This document shows positions 49,501-59,900 of a stretch of 64,000 nucleotides of DNA, one piece after another. A program made the translations under genes and the position numbers. The notes beneath the pieces are model-generated. The model saw only the letters and a list, made by a program, of their open reading frames with translations, ran no database searches and was not told where the DNA came from. The stretch's first letter is position 1; every line of letters begins with the position of its first letter. The stretch comes from Macrostomum lignano (lineage: Eukaryota): assembly GCA_002269645.1 (NCBI GenBank), contig NIVC01000974.1:124001-188000 (forward strand), given 5' to 3'.

Positions 49501-52500
49501 CTGTTTTTCTTTTAGTCTCGTACAGAAGTATGAAAATGTGCTTATAATTAATGGATCTAAGCTCGCCGCCACAATATTGTGAGGCAAAATAGACCCAGCC
49601 CAGTTCTGGTCAAATTGTGCATTGAATTTCAGCTGCTTTGTATAGAAACTTGATATGCCGCGTTAGGCCTGTGAATTCTAATTACGAGCTAACATCGCTT
49701 TTTGCAATTAATTTTCCACTCGTATATAAAACCAGAAGATCTTCTTGGCAAGTCCTAAAGTGTACTGTGTCTCCCCGTTTGTGTAAATGAATGATGAGTT
49801 ACCGCGTTTCATCGCTAATCTTGGCATTTTGGATTTGTTTAGGTTGAACCTCTGCCCTCGGAGAGCAGACAACGTGTCAGTCAATCAAGTCTTAAAAAAG
49901 AAAGGCTCTTTGTGGTCTTTCTAAGTTTACAGCTTATTGTCTGTAAACTGATCAAAGCCTCTCAGAAAAGCTTCTGCATCATTGAATTGTCTCAGTATAG
50001 CTTGGCCATAGACAAAATTCCGCTCATTTTTTCATGAAGTCCTCTGCTTACAGGGTGTGGAAAACTGATTGCGCTTTCTAGCCATTTTGGTTTGGGCCAT
50101 AGACTACTTTGACTAGGCGAAGCCACATGGTCTCCGTGTCAACTTTTGAAAGCCCCAAGTTAAAAATTGACTGCAAAAAGCGATATATAATTGTTAAACT
50201 GGACTTTTTTTACTAGAAATGTCTACTGCAATGTTATTCAAAAACCTCGTAAAAGTTAGAATATTTATTAACATCTATGTTTTCACTCCATCAAGTTTCA
50301 GGAGGACATGTCAACTAAAGTGAATGATTTTCTAGCCGAAGCTCACATTATGAAGCATCTGAGGCATCCTAATCTGCTGCAAATATTGGGTAAGTTAGCT
50401 TTAGATGCCCAGCTGTCTGTCTATCGTAGCAGTTAAACCCAGCTGACTGTCTATGGTAGCAGTTAAACCCATCTGACTGTCTGTCTATGGTAGCAGTTAA
50501 ACCCAGCTGACTGTCTATGGTAGCAGTTAAACCCAGCTGACTGTCTGTCTATGGTAGCAGTTCAGCCCAGCTGACTGTCTGTCTATGGTAGCAGTTAAAC
50601 CCAGCTGACTGTCTGTCTATGGTAGCAGTTAAACCCAGCTGACTGTCTGTCTATGGTAGCAGTTAAACCCAGCTGACTGTCTGTCTATGGTAGCAGTTAA
50701 ACCCAGCTGACTGTCTATGGTAGCAGTTAAACCCAGCTGACTGTCTGTCTATGGTAGCAGTTAAACCCAGCTGACTGTCTATGGTAGCAGTTCAGCCCAG
50801 CTGACTGTCTATGGTAGCAGTTAAACCCAGCTGACTGTCTGTCTATGGTAGCAGTTCAGCCCAGCTGACTGTCTGTCTATGGTAGCAGTTAAACCCAGCT
50901 GACTGTCTGTCTATGGTAGCAGTTCAGCCCAGCTGACTGTCTGTCTATGGTAGCAGTTAAACCCAGCTGACTGTCTGTCTATGGTAGCAGTTAAACCCAG
51001 CTGACTGTCTGTCTATGGTAGCAGTTAAACCCAGCTGACTGTCTGTCTATGGTAGCAGTTAAACCCAGCTGACTGTCTATGGTAGCAGTTAAACCCAGCT
51101 GACTGTCTATGGTAGCAGTTCAGCCCAGCTGACTGTCTGTGGTGGCAGTTCAGCCCAGCTGACTGTCTATGGTAGCAGTTCAGCCCAGCTGACTGTCTAT
51201 GGTAGCAGTTCAGCCCAGCTGACTGTCTGTCTATGGTAGCAGTTAAACCCAGCTGACTGTCTATGGTAGCAGTTCAGCCCAGCTGACTGTCTGTGGTGGC
51301 AGTTCCGCCTAGCCAATGACAGAGCTCCGTTCCCATGCAATCCACAGGCGTGTGCAGCCGCGAGCCGCCATGCTACATCATCGCCGAGTTCATGCCGCAC
51401 GGCAGCCTGCTAGACTTTCTCCGCAGCCAACGCAGCCAGCTGGCCCCATACGCCCTGCTGTACATGGCCACCCAGATCGCCGGCGGCATGTCCTACATGG
51501 AGTCCGAGTCCTACGTGCACAGAGACCTGGCCGCCAGGAACTGCCTAGTTGGCCAGGACTGCATTGTGAAGGTGGCGGACTTCGGCCTGACTCGCCGGCT
51601 GCAGGGTGCCAGTCCGTACGTGGCCAAGCGGGGCGCGAAGTTTCCCATTAAATGGACAGCGCCGGAGGGCCTGGCTTATAATCAGTTCACCAGCCGGTCG
51701 GATGTCTGGTCGTTTGGCGTGCTACTGTGGGAGATTGCCACCTTCGGTTGCTCTCCTTATCCCAGAGTGGAGCTCACTGACGTCTACCGGCTGCTGGAGA
51801 GTGGACACCGGATGCAGCGGCCCGCTGACTGTCCAGACAGCGTCTACCAGTTGATGCTGGCCTGCTGGCAGTGGCAGCCGGAGCAGCGGCCAGCGTTTGC
51901 TGAGCTGCACACCCGGCTGAAGGCCATCTGCGACAGCGCTGGAGCTGGTAAGGCTGCGGCTGGGGTTAGGGTTATGGACAGTGTCTGGAGCAGGTCTAAT
52001 AATAATAATTCTTCTGCGACATAGTGTCGCATTCAGCTCTGGGGCGATTCCCAAGCGCGTCAATACTGTACGCAGGCACCACACTTTCTGTGTCTTAGGG
52101 CTCCGGTCCTCATGCCCCTCCCCACCAGGGACTGGGTATAAATATATAATAAACACCAACAAGTATGTCCATGGTTATTTTGCCTTTCACTCCACCCAGA
52201 ACCGGACGATTCCGCTGTCAGACAGCAGCAGTACCAGCAGCAGTCGCAGGTGCACGCCAACGGTGGCGGAGTGCTTGGCGCTGCCAGCTCCGTTGACTGC
52301 GAGTTCTTTCCTCCGCCGCCGCCTCCGGTGCAGCAGCCTCAGCAGCAACTTCAATTTCGGCACCCGTCAGGCATCCTTGCCAGTGCGTAGCAGCTCGCCT
52401 ATTGAATTGTTTGAAGTCTGGCAAGCCTCAGTTGAGTTAAAAAACCCACACGTCCATCCCGCAGCTCCGCCGCCTGCCTCCTCGCCGCTGCCGCCACCGT

Positions 52501-52895
52501 CCGGACGCTCGAAGCCGAGGCTGGGCACCGCCTCCTCTTCCTCCTCGTCATCGGCGCCTCAGCCCCCCAGGCGGGCTCCCATCGGCCCGTCCGGGTCTCG
52601 GGGCGGCGCCGCCTCGCCCGAAGGCAGCAGCGAGTCCAACACGTCGTCGCGGGAGTCGCTCTGTGGCCATCGGCCAGTCGGCAGCGCCCCAAATGCTACT
52701 CACAGTAGCAATGGCGGTAGCAACTGCGCCAATCGGCCTGTCGGTGGCAGCAACGGTCGAAGCCGGGCGCTGGCCGCCTCTGTGGGGACCCCGACGGCTG
52801 CTGCTGCCGTTTCTACGGCCGCTTCCGTAGACCCGAACCTGCTGGTGGTTCGCCTGCCGCCACCAGCTGGCCGGGGAGCCACCTGCGGCAATTAA
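40505..52895 (+). CDS. ABL: Abl-family non-receptor tyrosine kinase (myristoyl cap-SH3-SH2-kinase-Pro/Ser-rich tail), ~741 aa; exons 40505-40646, 45584-45936, 48406-48693, 49224-49364, 50302-50389, 51348-51947, 52200-52382, 52465-52895
   Basis: MGAQSTK myristoylation-type start; SH3 ([23 protein letters not shown]); SH2 ([30 protein letters not shown]); kinase [43 protein letters not shown]. All introns GT-AG and phase-compatible. The last two exons and the stop are less certain. Confidence 0.92.
40835..41215. repeat. Two diverged ~90-bp direct repeats (GGGTGCAATTTT...CCATTTGCACAAAAAA), probably a DNA-transposon remnant
   Basis: Copies at ~40840-40930 and ~41125-41212. Confidence 0.55.
41763..44617 (-). 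mobile_element. 5'-truncated, frameshifted Ty3/Gypsy LTR retrotransposon (RT-RNase H-integrase, PPT, candidate 3' LTR), antisense in Abl intron 1
   Basis: RT ([30 protein letters not shown] after a 1-bp frameshift); RNase H ([29 protein letters not shown]); integrase HHCC (HQGHLG..CSAC) and core. GGGGGGA purine tract next to a TGTTGTG...CACAACA segment (41763-41929), taken as the LTR. Confidence 0.92.
46003..48300. repeat. 2.3-kb minisatellite of 29-bp (CCATTCACCAACAGTATCGATATGAAAGC) and 32-bp (..CGATAATGTCAAAGC) units, Abl intron 2
   Basis: About 70-75 visible units of two length classes plus point variants. Confidence 0.97.
50405..51305. repeat. 30/34-bp minisatellite (GTAGCAGTTAAACCCAGCTGACTGTCT[GTCT]ATG)n filling Abl intron 5
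   Basis: Runs from ~15 bp after the donor to ~45 bp before the acceptor. Confidence 0.95.
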
Positions 52896-53959
52896 CCTCT
52901 TGATAAATATGACAATACATGCAGATCGAAGCGAAGTTAACTCCTAGAATCCTAGTCAAGTCGGTAACTAAATTCCAGGTGATCTGTCCGCCGGAAAAAA
53001 TAGTATTCATCACATAATTAGCTGCCAACTCCGTACACGGTGCAGTCTGTGCAGTTCGACTCTCCCTGGTACCCGAAGTGTTTCCTTGTTCGAGCTTTGC
53101 AGCAAGCCGGCCATTTCAATCTGTACAGTCATGACTCGGCAGCGTACTGCAGCAGTGTAAATTAAATCTCAAATGGCGTCTTGTTATTGTTTACAGTTCT
53201 GCTTTTCACATAAATACTCGGTTTGCATGATCTTAATAATAATCCTAGTTTGTGTTCGAATTCAATTAGCGCTGAATATGCCCTGCCGTTCTGTTCTTTC
53301 TATATGCTTATTCGAGTATTTAATGTTTGTATCTATAGTTATATATGCTTTATGCAAAGTAGCCGAGATGAGGTCTGTCTCTAGCTAATTAACCCGTGGA
53401 TCAACGGCCGTTTTTTTGACGATTTCCGGCAATTTGTAATACCAATTGCACTTTTAAACTCCCGCTAATTCAATGCAGATTTTGTAAGTAAAGTTCTGCG
53501 TATGCAATCTACACCGCCGCAAGGTGTGAAAATATACTGGCATCATTTATTTATCATATTACTACTGATACATACTACTGACTATCATTGTAAAACTAAG
53601 GATTATCACTGTAAAACTACAAGTTTGTAAGGATTAACAGTGTGACTGTCTAGTTTTTTTTAACAGAACAAAAAACAAAACTTGCTTTCAGTTTTTTAAA
53701 GATGTTTTTATTAGTGTTGAGCTTGCCAATGCTACAGATAACAGACATAACAAGGCCCGTATAAAACTTTGTAATATAACTCATAAGAAGACTAAAAAAT
53801 TGATTGAGAACGAAAATGCAAAACACGCGAACTGCAACAGCAAGAAGCAAGGAAGCTTCAGAAGACATGAAAGATAATTAAATGCAAACATTACTAATGT
53901 CATCACCAACACAAACCAAACCAAAATAAAATCAACATCATTCATTCAGCATCGCCTCT

Positions 53960-56900
53960 TCACTTGAACCGGCCCCAGCCGCCCATCAATTGGCCTGGCG
54001 GCAAAGTAGGCAGCTGTGGCAGTGTTGAGACTGCACCAGATGATAGTGGAGGCTGCTGCTGCGGCTGCAAGTGAGCGAAAGATGAGCAGTGTCTTTCGAC
54101 CAGCGCCTATCACCTGGCCAACCATTTTGATAAGACAGCGGAGATCTTACCGTCGTGGCAGACTGTTGCTGCCCTGCGAGCAGCGCACGAAAGCGAGGCG
54201 GAGCAAGAGGCCGCCGCAGAGGCGAGAAAAACGGCACCGCCTCTGGGCTGAGCACAGTCGAGTCTGAAATGGAGCAACACAACGAATCCATAGAGAATGG
54301 TTCACTCAATTAAGGCTGCCCATATTGGGCTCACACAAAGCGTTGGAACTGAGAGGGGGCGAGGTGGCGGGAGGAGGCATTGGAACTCACTCTGCTGAGT
54401 CTGACTGGGCAAATCAGACTCGCTGCTGCTGCTGCTGCTGGCATCGGAGCCCTGCTCAGGTTCTTCTTCCAAGCAGAACAGCTGCAGCTGCACTGAGCAG
54501 CGAGTCAGCCTGGCCCTGGCTGAGCTGAGCAGCCCGCTGCAGGCCGGCTGCCGCACCGAGGCCAAATCGGCTCGGACGCCAGCCAGGGCGCCGGCCGCGA
54601 GGGAGACCCTCTGGCGGATGCTGAGTCTGGACTTCGTCAACGGAACAGCGCAGCGGGAGACGCGCCCGCTCAAACCTGCCCATTGTCAATCAATCAACAA
54701 AGAACAGAAATGGTGAAACTGAAACAGTTGCACGGTCAAAATAATAAAAAACTGTAAACAGAATTTTTTTAACGCTTACGAGATTGCGATGACTCGTGCG
54801 GAGAAAAATCCTTTTTTAAATTGCAACAACGATTAGAAACTGGGGAAAAGGTTTCAAGAGACTGAGAACAAATCTCACTAAAAACCATTAGTGATCAATG
54901 TGTCACAATTGTCCTCAATGACTTTTGTCCTCACGACTCCTCCCCGTTGCCTCAAATCAATATGATCTTCATCGTTAAATTATGGATGATTAACTCTTCC
55001 TTCTTGGAAGCTGCGCACCAGTCGTTCTCTCTATTCTGCAGAGATCCACGCGCCTTAGACAAAAATGTCAACAATGTGTCGCCAAAATCAAAGTCACTTT
55101 TGCCAAAGTCTAGATTGAAATGGTATACAGCACAGGTGAGTTACTAAGCTGGTTAATGGTGATGGCTTTGTCGTGCCGATCGGGTTCCCTTCGAATTCCC
55201 TCGCTTCTTTGTGCCGGTACGGCCTGTGACTCCGGTGCATCTGGTCTCTGACCATTGCCTCGTCTGCAATTACCTCGCACGAGTCATCGCAGTCTCGGTA
55301 AATAAACAAACAAAATTAACGGGATTAAACGATAGCGCTGTCGTGAACTTAAACAGGCCCAACTTACCGCCAGAGCCAACAATTTGGCAAACGGCTGCAC
55401 CGTCTGTATGTTTAGGCTGCTCGTCGGCAACTCGGCCGCTCTCTGCAGAGTCGGGAGAGGAGTTTCAATAAATCATGGCACTCTACACAATGCAGTGAGC
55501 AATTGACATAAAAAGGAAAATCAAAGCCGATTATATTCACCATGCGAACCCGTTGCGCCCTGAACGCGGGCCTGATCACCAGCTTGGCTTGCGGCAGGGA
55601 TCCCAGCATGCGATTCCTTTTGCTCAGTTGGTTTCACAGCAAACTTAAAGACTGACTGCTTAGCTTCAAGAAATTTGTCAACCTGCTGCTCATAACCATG
55701 CTGCTCATAGTCTTGTTGATGCTCATTATCGGCCTGCTGCTCATGGTCCTGTTGATGCTCATCATCGGCCTGCTGCTCATAAGCTTGCTGCTCATCATCG
55801 GCCTGCTGCTCCTCATCGGCCTGCTGCTCATCATCGACCTGCTGCTCCTCATCGGCCTGCTGCTCCTCATCGGCCTGCTGCTCATCATCGGCCTGCTGCT
55901 CCTCATCGGCCTGCGGCTCATAATCCTGCCACTCATTATCAGCCTGATGCTCATAGCCCTGCTGCTCATAATATTGACGCTCATAGTCCTCCTGCTGCTC
56001 ATAATCTTGACGCTCATAGTCCTGCTGCTCATAATCTTGACGCTCATAGTCCTGCTGCTCATAATTTTGACGCTTATAGTCCTGCTGCTCATAATCTTGA
56101 CACTCATAATTCTGCCACTCATAATTCTGCCGCTGCTCATCATCAGCTTCCTGCCCATCATCAGCCTGCGGCTCATCATCAGCCTGACGCTCATAGTCCT
56201 GCTGCTCATAATCTTGACGCTCATAGTCCTGCTGCTCATAATCTTGACGCTCATAGTCCTGCTGCTCATAATCTTGACGCTCATAGTCCTGCTGCTCATA
56301 ATCTTGACGCTCATAGTCCTGCTGCTCATAATCTTGGTTATGATCATATTCCTGCAGGTTCTCGTCGAGGCCATCGCCAGCTTCGCTGCCGGGCGTCATG
56401 GCGCGGCTGCTGCCCGCTTCCGCATCGGTGCCGACCTCTTCGATGTCGGAGTGGCCGCCGGTGCGCACGCTGGCCTCGGGCTCGCATTGAGCGGCTACGG
56501 GACCGGGGAATGAAAAACATTGTCCGACTTTGCAAAGGTAGGCAGAGTTTCAATATAAATCCCCACTGAGGCCTACAGGCCCAATACAAAACTCATTATT
56601 TACCCTTCTTGCCGTCTGGCTTGCAGAGCCTGTCCACCTTGCCCAGCGGTGCGAAAGCCTTCTGCTTGAAGTCAATCTGAAGTTTCAGCACGAAGCGGTA
56701 TTATACATTGTCAAGCGCTTTTAACTACCAGCAATCACCTGTACAACAGTAATAAATCACTCACCTGAATCGGCAGCAGTCCGAGCGACTGTCTGCTGAA
56801 AAATTCCAAGAAAGAGCCCATCTCTCCATCCAGATACACAGAGTACGGCGCGTGCGGCTGAAGAGCAAAGTTGCAGACCCACCAATCAATTTAATAACTT

Positions 56901-59900
56901 GCAGATTAAATATGACAACAAAGGAACCAACCTGATCAGCTGGGGGCTCAAGATCCACAGTCAGCTTGAGCAGCACGTCCTGAGTGATTCGGTGGAACTC
57001 TTTCACGGCGGCCTCATCAAACTGGGCGGCTCCGCCATTCGGAATCAGAAAGGCCAGTCGGCACAGAATTGCGTGGGCGGGGACTCCCTCCGCGAACCTC
57101 CGGTGCATGCAGCGCAGGTCGGACACGCCAACAGTCAGCAGCTCTCCGTAGTCGACATCCTCCACCAGCCGTCGGTCAGCGGAGCCGTCGGCAGCATGAC
57201 TGACGATTCTCACCCGCCGACAGCCCTGCTTGGTGACGGCCACGCACAGCTGATCAGGCCTGGTGTACACCTCCGGCATTGGCGGGTGCTCAGCCGAGTC
57301 CAGCTGCTCCATCAGCTTGTCCAGACGGTTCGACACCTCGCCGTGTGGAATCACGAAGAAGCGGCCCGGGCCCGAGTTTGAGGCCAGCGGCACCAGCACG
57401 TTGTACTGCTGCTGCAGCAGGTAGTGCGCGCTCACTTCGGTGCCAACAGCGGGCTGCCGCGGCCGCCGCATGCGCTCGACGGGCAGCCGGTAGCCGGGAG
57501 GCACGCAGTTCTCGGGAAACGGCGGCGCCTTCGGCAGGTTGGGCAGCCGCGTGCCGTACACGGCGATGCGGAGATCCGGGTCAATGGGATTTTTCATCAG
57601 CACTATGCCCGGGATTTGGCGCAGCAGATCCAACAGATTGTTGCAGCCCATGCTAGAGAAGCTGGGCAGGTCGCACTTAAATCTGTCGGAATGAGGTCAG
57701 AAAATGATTATCCAATCGGGGCTCTGTCCAATTTAAGCTAAATAATGCAGCGTTGGCGTTGGCTGTGAATAACGGTCAAGCTTGCGCAATTTCAGATACA
57801 AACGTGTTATGTTGGAAGTTACGAGCTACGTACTTTGTAGCGCTTTTTCATATCGTAGTAATGTGTTAGTAGTAACAAATTTCATATCGTAGGCAGGTTA
57901 GTAGTAACAAATTATCGCAATATAATAAAAGTGACGCGTTGTTTGTGTGTGTTATGTGTGTTTCATAACATCTCTGAAACTACTGGGCCAATTTTTATGT
58001 GACAAGTTTTTTAAAACTATAAAACTTAAGTTATTTACTGGCTGTGTGACCCGCTAACTTTGGCACCAAGCAGGTCGCCGAGGTGTGAAGAGTTGTAAAC
58101 AGCCGGTCCCGCACCCTGGCCTGCCTGTCGGCTAGGTCATGGGGCTGGCCTAAGGAGAGCATCATGTGCACCTTCAAAGCCCTACTACACGGCGTGGCAA
58201 CCCTAGCTTTCTGACTCCAGCGTGCTCAAAACCAGGTCCTGCGCATTGTTACGTCAATTGCGCACTACGCCGGTGGAAGCCCTGCATCTGGAAGCCGGTA
58301 TCTGCACGGCGGACACGATGCGCAAGCAGCTGTCTCACCGCGTACGAGAAGGCGCTCTGCTTGCCTGCCGCGCACCCTTGCCGCTGTACCGCGGAGGGTC
58401 AGGTCCCGCACCGCACGGCCAGAAGTAGCTGGCGTCACCGCGCCGAGCTGCTCCTGACAAATATGCCGGGAGACTTTTTCCCCGCGAGCCGCTGTCGGCC
58501 GTTCCACCGTGCCCGTGGAGGCGCTCCACCGCTGCTCTCAGCGCGTCTACAGCCCTCCACCCGCTTCACGCTGCCCCTACCGACGCGGATTCTCAGGCTG
58601 ACGCCGCGATGCGAGCCAGGTGGCACGCGGAGAATACCATTAGACAAGCGGCGGCTGACCTGGTCCTGTCCTGAGCGGTCTGTCTGATCACCAGCGGCGA
58701 CCCCGCCAAACCGACCGTCATCGATACGATCACCGCGCGGTGCTGCATTGACCTGCAGCTTCAGACGATTCAGGAGTGGCCACTCTATGGACCTGGTGGA
58801 GTACAGGAAGCGTATGGGTAGACAAGAGGAGGGCTGGTGTACGAGGTGCGGTTTGGAGGCCGAGACGCTGGAGCACGTCATGGAGTGCCCCGTCACGCGC
58901 AGCCTTAGGGAGGAGCTTTTTCGCAATCATACCGTCTCTCCGAGGCGACCCGGCCCGAGGCAGCCCCTCCAGAACCGCCATTAACGATAGAGAAAAAGCG
59001 AAAGCGTTTTGCGGTCTCTACGCCAGCATCTCACGGAACCCACGCGACCGCGACGACTGCACCATCAACTACCAGGCCTACAGAGCTATGCAAGCCACCT
59101 GCTGTAACAGGAACGATCGAAAGGGGCTCTGCTCAGCCTTCTCCGCAGCTGAGCTTAAAAACGTACTGACCAGCCTTAAGTCCGTCAAGAGCCCCAGCGA
59201 CGATCAGGTCACGAACGAGATGCTGAAGTACCTTGGGAGCCCCACGGAAAAAGGCTGCTCGACTTGGTGAATAAATCGTGGCTGACCGGGAAATGCCCGC
59301 ACCAATTGCGATGCGCCACTATCATTTCCATACCTAAGCGCAGCAAACGGCGGAGGAACTCGGCAGTTACAGACCGGTCGCCCTCACCAGTTGTATTGCA
59401 AAGGTCGCAGAACGACTGGTCTACCACCGGCTCAGCCACTTCCTTGAGTCCACCGGTAAGAGCAGCGGAGTGCAAGCCGGGTTCCGAAAGGGCAGATCAT
59501 GCGAGGAGCAGATCGCCCGCATCTCCCAATGAATCTTCGACGGCTTCGAAAGATCCCCAGCACTGCGCTCCATCCTCGGACACCTGGACTTCTCCCGCGC
59601 CTACGACAGGGTCTGGAAGAGAGCCCTCCTTCTGAAAATTAAAGAGGTCGGCACCCCACCCTGTGTCCTAAGATGGATCAACAGCTTTCTGGCGTACATA
59701 AGAGCCAAGGTCCGGGTAGGCACCAGCAACAGCAAGGAATGCACTTTCCGCGAGGGGCTCCCACAAGGCAGCGTCCTGGCCCCGCTCCTATGGCTTGTCT
59801 ACATCAACGCCCTCCCGGACACTATCCACGCCGCTTCACCGGACACGAGTGTGAGCCTGTACGCCGACGACAGCGCGATACTCGCCACCAAGAAAAGTCT

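Noticed and set aside
51981-52199. N-terminal part of the 304-aa ORF as Abl coding sequence
   Set aside because: Lies in intron 6 (donor 51948, acceptor 52199); only 52465-52895 of that frame is used in the model.
54886-55110. Candidate extra coding exon of the LOTUS-Tudor gene
   Set aside because: The frame closes with TGA at ~54952, the segment lies inside the inverted-repeat element, and direct 55368-to-54675 splicing is phase-compatible.
55698-56513. 271-aa Leu/Ile-rich multi-TM-looking ORF on the + strand
   Set aside because: Antisense shadow of the YEQQD coding repeat.
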